This document shows positions 13,359-27,882 of a stretch of 63,736 nucleotides of DNA, piece after piece. Positions within the stretch are counted from its first letter, which is position 1. The number at the start of each line of letters is the position of its first letter. The DNA lies in assembly GCA_051294375.1 (NCBI GenBank), contig CM119266.1, positions 15,214,991 through 15,278,726 of the forward strand. The letters are read 5' to 3'. The notes beneath the pieces were generated by a model, which saw only the letters and a program-made list of their open reading frames with translations, was not told the origin of the DNA and searched no databases. This DNA comes from Paraspadella gotoi (lineage: Eukaryota > Animalia > Chaetognatha). The position numbers and the translations under genes are program-made.

Positions 13359-16300
13359 AGTGAGGAATTGGATGAATGTTGAGCGGACCGAGAGGGCTTT
13401 GCAAGTTAAAAAAGAAATGAAAAAAAAANNNNNNNNNNNNNNNNNNNNNNNNNNNNNNNNNNNNNNNNNNNNNNNNNNNNNNNNNNNNNNNNNNNNNNNN
13501 NNNNNNNNNNNNNNNNNNNNNNNNNNNNNNNNNNNNNNNNNNNNNNNNNNNNNNNNNNNNNNNNNNNNNNNNNNNNNNNNNNNNNNNNNNNNNNNNNNNN
13601 NNNNNNNNNNNNNNNNNNNNNNNNNNNNNNNNNNNGAGAGAGAGAGAGAGAGAGAGAGTTAGAGACCTTGCGAAAGAGTGAGAGACAGACATCAAAATAG
13701 AATACAAACACGTTTCGCTACTCAACGCCGTTAGGTGTCCCAACGTGTCTCATTTGATTGCGAGAGAGAAGACCCAGAGGAAAACAGAAGAACAATAGAC
13801 GACTCAGAGTGAGAGAGAGAGAGAGAGAATGAGAAAAGGGGGCGGAGTTGGTTTGGGTGGGGAGAGATTTGGGTGGTGAGGAATGGAGGACGAAGAATGA
13901 GACAGGAAAGAAAGTCGAATTGGTGGTTGACAACGATTCCATTCAGTTCTTTTGTTTCACATCGATTTTGTTCTGAACGAAAACGCGATTAGACAATCTT
14001 GATAAACGACAAGTGATTGCCAATTGCCAATTGCCAATTCCGACGCTCGGTTATCAATGAGAAACCAGCCTGAATGATTTTCACTCCCCTTATTAAATTA
14101 GCTGGTTTGATAAGTATCGAATTTTTTATCTTGGTCTGGCTTTTTAAAAAAGCAAAAGNNNNNNNNNNNNNNNNNNNNNNNNNNNNNNNNNNNNNNNNNN
14201 NNNNNNNNNNNNNNNNNNNNNNNNNNNNNNNNNNNNNNNNNNNNNNNNNNNNNNNNNNNNNNNNNNNNNNNNNNNNNNNNNNNNNNNNNNNNNNNNNNNN
14301 NNNNNNNNNNNNNNNNNNNNNNNNNNNNNNNNNNNNNGTGATGAAAAAGATCTCCTCTTTGGCACCCAAACCTCTCCACGAAAACTATTAAAGGGACTTA
14401 AGGGGTGTCTAAGGGGGGGTGTGACATTAGCCGCGTTAATACGTGAAGGTCCAGACTAAACAGAGCGCGCTTTGCTCAGGTCCGTNNNNNNNNNNNNNNN
14501 NNNNNNNNNNNNNNNNNNNNNNNNNNNNNNNNNNNNNNNNNNNNNNNNNNNNNNNNNNNNNNNNNNNNNNNNNNNNNNNNNNNNNNNNNNNNNNNNNNNN
14601 NNNNNNNNNNNNNNNNNNNNNNNNNNNNNNNNNNNNNNNNNNNNNNNNNNNNNNNNNNNNNNNNNAACGACGACGACGACGACGACGACGACGCCGAACC
14701 GGAAACCGGCGTCATCGACGGCCGAATCTGAAAACGAAGAGATTGTTGATTTGCTAATGTAGCCCTTGATTGCCGAATCCATTTCGCCGAGGGGAGCCGG
14801 AAAAAAAAAATATCCGGCAACCGGCGATGGCCGACATTGGCCGATGATGGCCGACAATTCTCGACGCGTCGATGACGATGCCGCGAGACACAAAAGTGAG
14901 AGAGATTTGTNNNNNNNNNNNNNNNNNNNNNNNNNNNNNNNNNNNNNNNNGTCATAACCCTGTTTTTACTCGGTGATTTTCATCAATCGCTTTACAAGGA
15001 TCAACCTAAAAATTCAATGCGGCACTTATAATTTCTCAATCGTTAAAGCCATAGTATTTTTTCTTGTTTCACATCCCTAAACCACTATTTTAACACTACC
15101 CCCACCTTCGTCTTCTCCATCAAAATCTCCGTCGTTTCTCTTCCTCCTCGATGGGATCCAAAAAATCTCGCCCGTCGTCTCCCCTCACCCTTCACCTTAA
15201 CTCACCCAAGAAAAACAGACTCTCGTCCTTGAAAAGGCGCGTCCCACCCCNNNNNNNNNNNNNNNNNNNNNNNNNNNNNNNNNNNNNNNNNNNNNNNNNN
15301 NNNNNNNNNNNNNNNNNNNNNNNNNNNNNNNNAAAATAAAAGAAAGTCGGGCTCGGGTTGTTAGCGACTTACGCTGGCAAAGGGTCAATACCATTACCGG
15401 GTTGGCGCTCTAATGAGCCTCTTTCCTTTTATCTCCCTTGTTATCGTGGTCTTCTTTCCAACTCCCCGTCCCCCTTTCGCCACCACCCTCCCTCCTCCCT
15501 CCCCACCACCCAACTTGTCTTTCTTCCTTCTTCCTCCTTTCCGAGTCACCTTCCTTTTTTTGGCCGACTTATCGGGTCTTCCATTCTTTTCCTTTCTGCT
15601 TTTCCGCTTTAGTATTGATTCGGTTTTTTCGCTTGATTTTTATTTATTATTAGTATTTAGTTTTTTGGCTCCTTTTGTCATTATTCCGTTCTATTGATAT
15701 TTTTTTTCCCATTATTTCTAATATTTTCAACAAAAGTTATTTTTCTTTTTCCAATTGCTTTTTTTTTCTCCTCTCTCTCATTTCAAGCTCTACCACTTAT
15801 TTAACTTACATTTGCCCTCCCCGACTTTTCTTTCTCTCTCCCCCTGCGCTCCCAGCTGCTTGATTGTCTTTATTTGGTTGATTCCGTTTTTACCCAAATT
15901 GTTTGGGGGCGCTACAGTCTTTCATTTGATTACGCGCCTTTTGCTCGGCTTGATTGACCGTCGTAATTCTTTTACCCATCTTTCCAATTTTGTACTGAAG
16001 TTTAAGTAAACAGATTCGAAGAGAAAAAAAATCTATGTACTTTGTCTTTTTTTTTTCTATTCTTGTCCTCAATTACCCTAATTATTTCCTTTTCTCATTG
16101 TTCCCCTTTAATGTCCTCTACGTCCTTCGCCGATTCCCTTTCTTCGCGAGAAATGAGACGGAAAAGATAACATCACCACGAAAAAAAAAGAAGAAGAAAA
16201 AGATGAGCAGTAATTCGTTAGCATAAAATCGTTAAGGAGAATATTGTCATTGAGATTTATCGCCTCGTTTCGGGAAGAAAGAGAAGAGTCTAGGCTGTTC

Positions 16301-18489
16301 AAAATCTCTCTCTCTCTCTCTCTCTCTCTNNNNNNNNNNNNNNNNNNNNNNNNNNNNNNNNNNNNNNNNNNNNNNNNNNNNNNNNNNNNNNNNNNNNNNN
16401 NNNNNNNNNNNNNNNNNNNNNNNNNNNNNNNNNNNNNNNNNNNNNNNNNNNNNNNNNNNNNNNNNNNNNNNNNNNNNNNNNNNNNNNNNNNNNNNNNNNN
16501 NNNNNNNNNNNNNNNNNNNNNNNNNNNNNNNNNNNNNNNNNNNNNNNNNNNNNNNNNNNNNNNNNNNNNNNNNNNNNNNNNNNNNNNNNNNNNNNNNNNN
16601 NNNNNNNNNNNNNNNNNNCCCCCCCCTTCTCCCTTTCTCTCTCTCTCTCTTCTTTCTCTTCTTCCGGCGGGCGAGCCAACGAAAAAGGGCGGCCGCGCGA
16701 AAAAACACTCATGCATAAGATTACTACCACTATTGCTGACTGTCCTTGCGAATCGAGATTGCGCCGCCTTTCAACGGATCGGCGCCCATAGCGCGCCTCC
16801 AGTCGCCGCCGACCGGCGCCACCGGCGCGCGCCTAATGACGCCAGTAATTCCGCGCCCTTTTCCTTCTTCTCTCGGTCNNNNNNNNNNNNNNNNNNNNNN
16901 NNNNNNNNNNNNNNNNNNNNNNNNNNNNNNNNNNNNNNNNNNNNNNNNNNNNNNNNNNNNNNNNNNNNNNNNNNNNNNNNNNNNNNNNNNNNNNNNNNNN
17001 NNNNNNNNNNNNNNNNNNNNNNNNNNNNNNNNNNNNNNNNNNNNNNNNNNNNNNNNNNNNNNNNNNNNNNNNNNNNNNNNNNNNNNNNNNTTTTTTTTGT
17101 TCGCTCATACAGTACACGTCTGTATCTCTTTCTTTTTTTCCCATCTCTCTCTCCCTCTCTCTCTCGCAACGTCTCAGTCTCATGAATCTTGATTGGGCCT
17201 CGAGAAAGAAAAGGTTTTGTCCGAAGCAGTCAAGACGAAGACGCACTTTTTTTTGCGTTGCTGCCGGAGAGAGAGAGAGAGGAGGGGGGGCGGAGAGAGG
17301 GGGCGTGGCTGAGGGGGTCTACGCAAGAAGGCGAAAGACGTTGTGAGTGACGTTTCAATCTGGGATCATCTTTCTTCCTTTTCCCGTCTCAGACTCCACG
17401 TCATTTACGTCATTTCTGTCGTCGTCATTTTCCTCGTCCGTCGTCGTCGTCGTCGTCGTCGTTGCTGTCAACGTTGTAGTACTCGTCGTCGTCGTCGTTC
17501 GATTTTTATGTCGTTTTATCGCTTTGTTAATAATTTTCCTTCAAAGATACAAACGGACGATTCTGATGACGACGACGACGACAATGCAGACGTCGACAAT
17601 GCTGCTGAGATCGACGCATTCGTTAAGAGAAATAAACAACCAGATATAAAAAAATGTTATTTTATTTTATTTGTCGTTAGTGACGTTTTTTTTATTTTAA
17701 ATACTTCTGCGACTTTAAAGAAAATAAAATTCTCTTTCTCTTTCTTTCTGTTCCTTTCTTACTCTATTTTTCTTTTCACCTTTTTTTAATTTTCCGAGTT
17801 TCTTGTTTATTTTCGAGATTGAGATGTTTGCCTCGCGAGAGGAAACGATAGTGAGAAAATGCGCATGCGCCTTTGCATTCACAATGCGGGGGGGGGGNNN
17901 NNNNNNNNNNNNNNNNNNNNNNNNNNNNNNNNNNNNNNNNNNNNNNNNNNNNNNNNNNNNNNNNNNNNNNNNNNNNNNNNNNNNNNNNNNNNNNNNNNNN
18001 NNNNNNNNNNNNNNNNNNNNNNNNNNNNNNNNNNNNNNNNNNNNNNNNNNNNNNNNNNNNNNNNNNNNNNNNNNNNNNNNNNNNNNNNNNNNNNNNNNNN
18101 NNNNNNNNNNNNNNNNNNNNNNNNNNNNNNNNNNNNNNNNNNNNNNNNNNNNNNNNNNNNNNNNNNNNNNNNNNNNNNNNNNNNNNNNNNNNNNNNNNNN
18201 NNNNNNNNNNNNNNNNNNNNNNNNNNNNNNNNNNNNNNNNNNNNNNNNNNTAGCGACGTTGAGATTTGTAAACTTTTCAAACGATTTGCAACCAAAGCGT
18301 AAATACACACACTCACACACACACATTCATTGACAAATATTTATCTCTAGTATCTATTTAAAAAATAAACGATCGAAATTGTCTTAATCGATTAGAAAAT
18401 TAAAACTTTAACCCTCTTTTAAAAGCAAAGAACAAACAAATATAACTTAACCATCAACCCTCACCCACCCCCTACTCTTCCTCTTCCAG

Positions 18490-18660
18490 GATTGACTTCC
18501 GGCTCTGGAGGCGCCAACGACGCCGGCGACGACGCTCACGACGACGAGGGCGGCCACGCTTCCGGTTTGGGCGCCAACAACAGAAATCAATGGGAGGAGG
18601 AAGAGCGGGGCAAGGAAGAGGAGGACGACGAGTCGGACAAGAAGAACGAGTTCGGAAAAG
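18490..18660 (+). CDS. Internal coding exon (171 nt, symmetric phase 1-1) encoding a Gly/Asp/Glu-rich low-complexity peptide; gene unidentified
   Basis: A branch-point-like cttaac and a pyrimidine tract (cctactcttcctcttccAG) precede 18490. A consensus donor AAG|GTGAGT follows at 18661. The length is divisible by 3. Open frame: LTSGSGGANDAGDDAHDDEGGHASGLGANNRNQWEEEERGKEEEDDESDKKNEFGK. It is a GC-rich island in AT-rich flanks. A second, Arg-rich frame is also open. Confidence 0.7.
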
Positions 18661-19127
18661 GTGAGTTCGATCCTCGATTTTGGAACAATTGTTTGTTGTT
18701 TTATAAAGAAGCGCGCGAAACGAAATTTATAATATATTTGCTATAAAAAATGATAGCAAATAATAGTGAGCAAAGAATTAATCTTTGAACGAAAAAACCT
18801 TTTTTTCTTTTTTTTTCCCCATTTCCTGAGAAACCTTATCGTCATTGTCGTCGGCGTTTGCGATCGTCCCTTCTCTGTCGATATCATTGAAAATTCATTG
18901 CTCTCCTTTTTTCCTCTTCTTCCTCCTCTTCTTCTTCCTCCTCCTCCTCCTCATCTTCTTCCTCGATATTGCCTGCACCTTCCTTCGCTCGAATGACTTC
19001 ATCTTCGATGAAATTATTTCCTGCGCGCGGTGTATTTCCTAACCCTGGGTTTATTTTAGACTATCTTACCCTTCTACTCTTTCTGTCTGTCTGTCTTTCT
19101 CTNNNNNNNNNNNNNNNNNNNNNNNNN

Positions 19128-19236
<109 letters not shown>

Positions 19237-19277
19237 CTCCCCATCTGTTCTATCCTTCCAATCCTCTTTATTTTCTC

Positions 19278-19966
19278 TTTCTTATCCCTAAAAGAAAAAG
19301 TGAAAACCGAAGAGGAAGCGACGGCAAAAGTGGAAAATGTAAGAATTTTTAAAAATGGGTTTATCTGATTTCGAAATTCCGAACCAACGACGACAACGAC
19401 GACGACGAGGGGGGCGGCGGGCGTGGCAGAGGCTGAGACAAATCCTTTAGGATTTTTAATTGAGTCCCACCTGCGTTTTCCAAGCAACAACGGACACTCC
19501 AGCTGCGACGGCAGCTTTCTTCTGCCGACTCCACTCCCCCGCGTCTCCATTCGCCAACAACCTTCTTGAGTTTTCGATACCCAACCTTGTTTTTTTTTTA
19601 TTTCCAGTGTGTGTTTTTCCTTGTTTTTGTTGTTTTCTAAAAGCGTTTTCTCACGCTTTTGTTTTTCTAGTGAGATGGCTCCGAGTTCACTGTGAATCAC
19701 CGTGGTCACCCTCAACGCAAGACGCCACACCGCGGCGCCGTAATCGGGTTGTAATCTTTTTTTATCAATGTTTTTTTCGTTCTTTTGTCTTCTTCGTTCT
19801 TTGTCGTCGTCGTCGTCGACCGAAAAAAAACAAGAATTCGACTTTCGTCGCTTCCTTCCCTTTTGTGGACGCCGCACGGGAAAAACCGGCGTCGCGAGCG
19901 GCGTTAAATAAACGGTGGCGACGTCAGTTCGACGCCGCGGCGCTCGTCGTTATTTAGGGTATCTCT

Positions 19967-19997
<31 letters not shown>

Positions 19998-20573
19998 TTC
20001 TCTCTCTTCTCTCTCTCCTCTCTCTCTCTCTCTCTCTTCTCTCTTCCATCTTAATTCCTGCATCGATTTTTTCTCTCTAACTCCCCCTTTAACCTCGTGT
20101 TGTACGATGCTTTCTTCAGCTCACCGACCAATCGCTCAAAATTCACCCAACATACTTCAAGCTCGACGTGTTGACTTCTGGAATATAACTGATTTAACCT
20201 TTTTCTATGATATTTGTTTTTTCATTTTAGTACTAATTTATCATCTTCTTCTTATTCTACAAAAACCCTTCAGAGACTTCTCTCACGACCAGAAACAAAC
20301 CCTCCTCCTTCTCTTTCATTCCCCTAAGGCTTCTTTTCCTTTTTCTTTTCTCTTCGAATTAAATGCGTAAAAAAAAAGGGGGAAAGAAGGGAAAAAAAAG
20401 GAAAATACTTTACCACACTTTTTTTGTTCACGAGCGAGAAAAAAAAAGGGTGGAATTTTCCGATTCTATTTTGTTGATAGTCAATTTTTTGGTTTCTTCC
20501 TCCTGACTTTCTCAAAAGTTCTTTTCAAAACTCTTTCTTTCTCTTTCTTTCTTTCTTTTCTTCTTTCTCTTCT

Positions 20574-20625
<52 letters not shown>

Positions 20626-23411
20626 TCTTCTCTCCCTCTTCTCTCTCTCTCTCCTCTCCAATTTCGTCGAATGAAAATTCTTTCTTCTGCGAAGTTGATT
20701 TCACTTTCATGCCTTCGTTCATCGAGACCGCCGCGTCACGAAGTGGCGTTATTAGTCATTAGAATTGGCGCAAGTCACGCCGCGCTCCACGGAATGAAGC
20801 GGCGCCCCGCTCCCGGCCACCGTCGGCGCTTTTCCCGTCACGCGTCACGGGTCCGGGGGAAGTTTGATTTTTTTTTTACGCGAAATGAAAGTATAAATAT
20901 AATTTGTTTTTTTTCACGACGACGACGACGAGATCGACACAAAATAAACCACCTTTTCAACCATTCTTCGGACCACCTCCCTACAACCAGACACCTCTAA
21001 TTCCACCGCTCCATTCCTGGAAATGGTTTTAATTTCCAAGAAAATCCCTTCCCCCATCTCAACGGAGCGACGCTGATGATAAAAGCGCCGGCGACCCGAT
21101 AAAGGCATTCCCCCCTCCCTCTCCCATCGAAGCGATCTCGAGTGACCTTTTCGCCTCTTCCCCGTCGGGGGCCGTCCTGTTTTTTTTCTTTTCCCCTTAG
21201 CGTGCTCTGCCGGCGACGTTGCGGGCCGGTGGGCACGTCCCCGGCCCCGTAAGGTGGCGTGGGCGGCGTCCGACACCTCTGAATGTCATCTGACGGGAGA
21301 ATTTCCTTTTTTTTTTTCGATCTCTTTTGCCTTCGGGGTTTTGTTCGGAAGATTTCAAAAAAAAAGAGATTTTTCATTTTGCCGTTAGTTTTATGGATTT
21401 GGAGGATGTTTGATAAGGCGCTTCTTTCCTCTCTCCTTCCGCCCCCTCTCACCCCCCCTTTCACGAAACGAGTTTGTTTGGTTTCAATGACTTTTCACCG
21501 CGCCGCAAACTTTTCTCGTCGCCCCCACCGCGTTTCGCGGTCAACCGGAACTTGAGGCAGCGCACGCGAAGATGCCACGCGCGCCGGCTCCGTCGGGGCG
21601 TCTTTTGGGGTCGGTTTTAGGGAGAAGGGGGAGAGAAGCGGAGCTGGGGAAACGGTGGTAGGGGTGGTTTAAAGGATTCATTATTTGGGAGCCGCGGTCC
21701 CACAGTTATGAAAAATTTTATTAATGTAATTTAACATTTTCAAATTTTACGCCCGCCTTTTTAAATGTTGCGTGGGTTTTTGTCTTGACTCATCTTTATT
21801 TTTTTCGGACTGGGTAGTTTTTTTATTTTTTTTTTTTTAAGAGTTGATGAAATAAAGTTGGAGAAGATTTTTGTCCGCCTTCGGAGACTCAACAGACTAT
21901 TTCAATATAAAAGAAGGAAAGAAATAAATGTGGAGAATGAAAGTATAGAGTTTAGAATAGGGAAGGCTGAGAGAGGGAATTCGAAGAGGAGGATGAGGAG
22001 AGAAAGAGTAGGAGAGGAAAAAAAAGAGAAAGAAATGCAGTAATCAGTAATACAGTAATTACAGCGATCAAGTAGAACCCGGATTGTTATCTGAAAGCTT
22101 TCGTGAATCCCATCCCTTAATAAAAATTGCCGAATGAAGCCGTCAGATAAGAATTATAGAAAGAAAGAAAAGTGAAAAAAAAATAAGAAAAGGAAGAGGA
22201 AAGAAAGAAAAGAGCGAAAGGAAAAAAGAACGTCATGAAATATTGATTTGCTTTTTACAAAACACGACGATGGAACGTTTAAAAGCTCAATTGAAAGGAA
22301 AATAGGATCGGGGATGACGACAGATGCGGAAGAAGAAGGAAGTGGATGACAACGACGACGAACGGGACGACGAGACGATGAGGGCGACTACTACTACATT
22401 CGTGGTTGTCCTCTCTTTGGAGAAAAGAGCCCTCGGTTCAAAGCGTATTTGGTTAACTTTTACAGGATTTTATTTTTTAAGATTAGAAATGTTGGGACAA
22501 ATGAACACCGATCCCTCTCTTTTGATTGATTCCCATCGCGCCGAATTCTTCGTCTTCTTAGTATAAATTTCCGCCGGCAAGGGTTATTGGCGGACGACCG
22601 TCGGTCCTCGCTCGCGCTGTCTCTCATTTCCGGTGACGCTGACGTCTCGTTCGCGAATCGACGCCACCCACTTAACCCGACCCACCCTGACCACCTACCC
22701 ACCCTCACCTTCGTAGCGGACCGGAAAAAAGGCGTTCGTCTCCGCGGCCGACGTTCTCTCGCGTACTCTAGGCGACCCCCGGATGACTGGGCTAGCATTT
22801 AGAGAGCAGCGAGGTGGGCGGGGCGACGCCAGATAAGGCGCGCCAATTTTGGAGCGAATAACAAACCGATTCTGGCGGAAAAGACGGGAAAGATGGAGGA
22901 CGCTGAGAGAGGAGAAAGTGCGCGGATTGGCGAGAGAGGGGTGTGTAATGGATGTAGACCGTTTCTTACCGGCGTTGGAAGATAAAACTTTGAGTAGCTT
23001 CGGAGTGTTAGACGGGAGTATTAAAGGCGTTTGTCGCTGGAGTGTTCAGTAGGTGTAAAAGTTGTGTGCTGATAATAATTTCGATCTCTCGCGCTTCGTT
23101 CCACCTTCCCGTTTTGTAAGCGACTGGACGCGGTTGGCGCGGAAGGCGTTTCGGGAAGCGGACGACGGAATTGGCCGCGATTCCCGTGTCTTTGTTCTAA
23201 GCGTTTCTCGACTTAAACCCCCGTTCGCCAACCACTTTCCCCCTTATTTCCCCACTGCCCCCCTTCTTTCAGTTTCCACTTTGCCCCCCCGTCGCTCGAA
23301 GGGCGTGGAAATCCCAAAGCGACATCCTGGAAAACACATTCGCGCATTCCCTCCATTACTTTGTGTACTACTTTATCGCGCGCCGATGGAGGAAGGAGAA
23401 GGAAGGGGAAA

Positions 23412-23450
<39 letters not shown>

Positions 23451-24763
23451 ATGGGAGAGGAAGAGAGAGATGAGCAGAGAGAGAAAGTGAAGAGAGAGAG
23501 AGAGAGAATTTTCCGAAATTCGCCGCCTAAATCTTGTCATCAGTGACGGTCCATTTAGCGCCATTACCGTTCGGGCGGCGAGAGAAACTGGTTGCTAGAC
23601 TTTGCACGCTGCGTTGTTACCGACTTTTTACGCGCTAGTGTGTGCGGCGATCACCGTAGCGCGAGGTTATTTTCGTTTACCGTGCGCGTCGTTGAAGCTG
23701 ATAAACTGGAGGGCTAGTATATGAAGCTTATTAATATTAACTTGGTCCGGACGCATATCTTGGAATCTTTTATAGTAAATATTTACATAGCCGTAATTGT
23801 TATTTTTACTTTTCTCTAGTTTAACGAGTTTCTTTCTACGTCAGATGTGGTTCTCAAAAAGGCGTCGACTTGATGTCGTTTTTGATTGGGTTCACCTTTT
23901 TGATCATTCGCCGTGTTGCAAGACGACGACGGACGACGAAAAACGACGACGAACCATCGGACGACGCCGAGACGACGATGTGATGATGATTTACTTTCGA
24001 TTTCAAAATATTTTTTGGTGGCTTTAAGTTTTGCCCTCAGATGAATGAAAGATATCCGCGTTGCTGCAACGCCAGGAGATGCAGAGTGAGGATGAGAAGG
24101 TTGAGGATAGGGCAGGAAGGGTGAGGAAGAGGCGATCGAGTTTGGCTTGTAAGGATTTTGAAAAACCCCGTTCGTTCGCCCTCGTCGTCCTTCATTCGCT
24201 TTCTTAATGGTGCTGAAGCAGTTAAAAACTCCGGTTCAACTTATCCTCTTTTTTACGCCGTCACAACTAAACGCAGCGCGGGTCAAAATTCCTCAAAGAG
24301 CCTCCGCCGACGGCCTGGGACAACGGATAACAACAAACAACAACAACAACAACAAGTGTTACGACCCTTCGAAAACGAGAGAAAAAGAAGAAATAAAGTA
24401 TCGTATTAACCAAGAAAGAAAAAAAAAAAAGGAAAGAAAATATCGTTGGGCCTCGTCCATTCTACTAAAGGCTCTCGTCTCTTTCTCCCCATTCGGTCGC
24501 TCGATGTTTCTCGTTAAAAAAAATCCCCGTTTTTTTTTTCCTTGCGTTATTTTTTTTTTTCTTGCGTATTTAGCCCCAAACCGCGGGACAAAGACGAGTT
24601 TTCTTCTAATCGGCGCGCGAAAGGGAGATTTTTAAACCGTCCGCCGCGACAACAACAACGACTGAAATAACGACAATTTAACAACTTTGCCCATTCATTC
24701 GACGGGCCTGGGAAGAGAGGGGGGCCACCCCCCCTTGAAATCGGGGCGGGGCTTTCGGAGGAG

Positions 24764-24813
<50 letters not shown>

Positions 24814-24816
24814 GAG

Positions 24817-24849
<33 letters not shown>

Positions 24850-25181
24850 GAGAAAAAAAAAACGGGTTGAATTTTAAATGTCCACTTTGGCCAATTCAAA
24901 AATTTTTTTTTTTCTTTCTCCGGTTTTCTTTAAAACTGCGGGCAATGGAAGCGCGACCATTATACGAAAGCATATTTTCTTTTATTATTCCTTTTTCTCC
25001 TTTTTTCTCCCATTTTTTTCGGACCATAAATCGGGACGTTTTGGGTTTTTTTTTTTAATACTCGGAGAATAAAAGGGAGGAAAGTGCCGATTTTGTAAGA
25101 AAGGGAACAACAAACAAGACGACGACGGACGATAACAACGACAAGGAGAAACGGTGAACCGACGTGGTTTTGAATAAAGAG

Positions 25182-25214
<33 letters not shown>

Positions 25215-26270
25215 CGGAGAGAGAGAGACGAGGAGATGAGAAGAGAGGAGAGAGAGAGAGAGAGAGAGAGAGAAATTGAAATTGCAAGCCTGGATGATAG
25301 CTTAATTATTCTACGAATTACATTTAAGTATTTGAAATATTAACTTTACCTTTCATTAACGAGACGAAGAAACAATACAAAGCATGAAACGCTATTCTTT
25401 ATATTTTCTACAAACGCCAGATTCTGTCCAATCCATCGGCGCCGGTCATTGCATTGCTCATAAAATTCAGCGAAGCGAAACTTTTTTAGAACGCTATTCA
25501 CACCGGGCTTCGCGCTTCATCCTTTGCATTCTACGCACGCTTTATTGGCTGATTTCTATTCCCCAACTTACTCCATTAAACTTCCCTCCACGCACTCTCC
25601 CCTCCTTCGCCCTCGTGTGGCCGCGCTTGGTTTACCAATGTTTATTTCTCTTCGCCGAAATTTTTTTCATGAATTTCTCTGTCCTTCTCGCCTCAATTCT
25701 CGTACCTCACCCTCGCCGCGTCCGCCTTAACCCAACCCTACCCCGACTCTCTTTTCCTTTTCTTCGTTCGAACGTCCGGCGCGTCAACAACTAAAAGTCC
25801 ATCGGTCACTAGAGAACACCAAAAAATAATCCGCCAGATTTTTCCTCGCCGCCGCCGCCGCCGCCGCCGCTGCCGCTGATCGTCTTCATTCGTCTTTTTC
25901 CGTCTCGGAGTCGACGTCGTCGTGACGAATTCGTGCGCCCATCGCTATTAGACGCTGCCATAATTTAATTGTTAATTATTCGATTGCGTTGTTAAGATCA
26001 ATGCAGAATAAATAAAGTATTAAATTGTCATTATTTTTTTTTTTGCTACCTAATTCTGAGAAATTTACTGAAATTATTAATGCAAACCTCATTACGTTTT
26101 AACAATTTAAATATTTTTACATTACATTTACGTATTAATTTAAAAATGCATAACTATCTTCCACATATTATGCGACAAATGAAAAGAAGAAATTTGCTAT
26201 CTAAAAATGCAATGGCGGCTTATTAGCGGGCGAAATCGCGGCTGCGAGTCCTTTTCTTCTCTCGGTTTGT
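19278..26270 (+). repeat. Copy 1 of a ~7.0 kb tandem duplication (gap-free copy)
   Basis: Begins with ccctaaaagaaa..gtgaaaaccgaagag (also at ~26286) and ends with gcgaaatcgcggctgcgagtc..ctctcggtttgt (also at ~33353-33392). Collinear throughout with indel-type differences. Preceded by the 25-N gap 19103-19127 and a CT tract. Confidence 0.96.
22709..22798 (-). CDS. Weak candidate first coding exon (MLAQSSGGRLEYARERRPRRRTPFFRSATK)
   Basis: ATG followed by 30 open codons and a donor AAG|GTGAGG. Upstream on the minus strand are a UTR-like stretch and a cluster of CGGAA (ETS-core) sites. The duplicate copy (~29958-30046) has frame-shifting indels. Confidence 0.2.
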
Positions 26271-26275
26271 AATCT

Positions 26276-27813
26276 ATCTCTTTTTCCCTAAAAGAAAGTG
26301 AAAACCGAAGAGAAGGCGACGGCAAAAGGGAAAATGTAATGAATTTAAAAATGGTTTATCTGATTTCGAATTCCGAACCAACGACGACAACGACGACGAC
26401 GAGGGGGCGGCGGGCGTGGCAGAGGCTGAGACAAATCCTTTAGGATTTTTAATGAGTCCCACCTGGTTTCCAAGCAACAACGGAACTCCAGCTGCGACGG
26501 CAGTCTTCTTCCTTCTGCCGACTCCACTCCCCCCGCGTCTCCATCGCAACAACCTTCTGAGTTTTCGATACCCAACCTTGTTTTATTTTTTTTTATTTCC
26601 AGTGTGTGTTTTCCTTGTTTTTTTGTTTTTTCTAAAAGCGTTCTCACGCTTTTGTTTTCTAGTGAGTGGCTCCGAGTTCACGTGAATCACCGGTCACCCT
26701 CACGCAAGACGCCACACCGCGGCGTAATCGTGGTTGTAATCTTTTTTATCAATGTTTTTTCGTTCTTTGTCTTCTTCGTCTTTGTCGTCGTCGTCGTCGA
26801 CCGAAAAAAAAACAAGAATCGACTTTCGTCGCTTTTCCTTCCCTTTTGTGACGCCGCACGGGAAAACCGGCGTCGCGAGCGGCGTTAAATAAACGGTGGC
26901 GGCGTCAGTTTTCGACGCCGCGGCGCTTCGTCGTATTTTTAGGNNNNNNNNNNNNNNNNNNNNNNNNNNNNNNNNNNNNNNNNNNNNNNNNNNNNNNNNN
27001 NNNNNNNNNNNNNNNNNNNNNNNNNNNNNNNNNNNNNNNNNNNNNNNNNNNNNNNNNNNNNNNNNNNNNNNNNNNNNNNNNNNNNNNNNNNNNNNNNNNN
27101 NNNNNNNNNNNNNNNNNNNNNNNNNNNNNNNNNNNNNNNNNNNNNNNNNNNNNNNNNNNNNNNNNNNNNNNNNNNNNNNNNNNNNNNNNNNNNNNNNNNN
27201 NNNNNNNNNNNNNNNNNNNNNNNNNNNNNNNNNNNNNNNNNNNNNNNNNNNNNNNNNNNNNNNNNNNNNNNNNNNNNNNNNNNNNNNNNNNNNNNNNNNN
27301 NNNNNNNNNNNNNNNNNNNNNNNNNNNNNNNNNNNNNNNNNNNNNNNNNNNNNNNNNNNNNNNNNNNNNNNNNNNNNNNNNNNNNNNNNNNNNNNNNNNN
27401 NNNNNNNNNNNNNNNNNNNNNNNNNNNNNNNNNNNNNNNNNNNNNNNNNNNNNNNNNNNNNNNNNNNNTAATATAACTGACAACCTTTTCTATGATATTT
27501 GTCTTTCATTAGTACTAATTTATCTATCTTCTTCTTATTTCTACAAAAACCCTTCAGAGACTCTCTCACGACAGAAACAAACCCTCCTCCTTCTCTTTCA
27601 TCCCCTAAGGCTTCTTTCCTTTTTCTTTTCTCTCGAATTAAATGCGAAAAAAAGGGAAAAGAAGGGAAAAAGAGGAAAATACTTTACCACTACTTTTTTT
27701 TTTGTTCACGAGCGAGAAAAAAAGGGGAATTTTCGATTCTATTTGTTGATAGTCAATTTTTTGGTTTCTCCTCCTGAATTTCTCAAAAGTTCTTCAAAAC
27801 TCTTTCTTTCTTT

Positions 27814-27882
<69 letters not shown>

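Noticed and set aside
18766-18775. GTGAGCAAAG matching the 5' end of miR-87
   Set aside because: The match stops after 10 nt and no precursor hairpin is evident.
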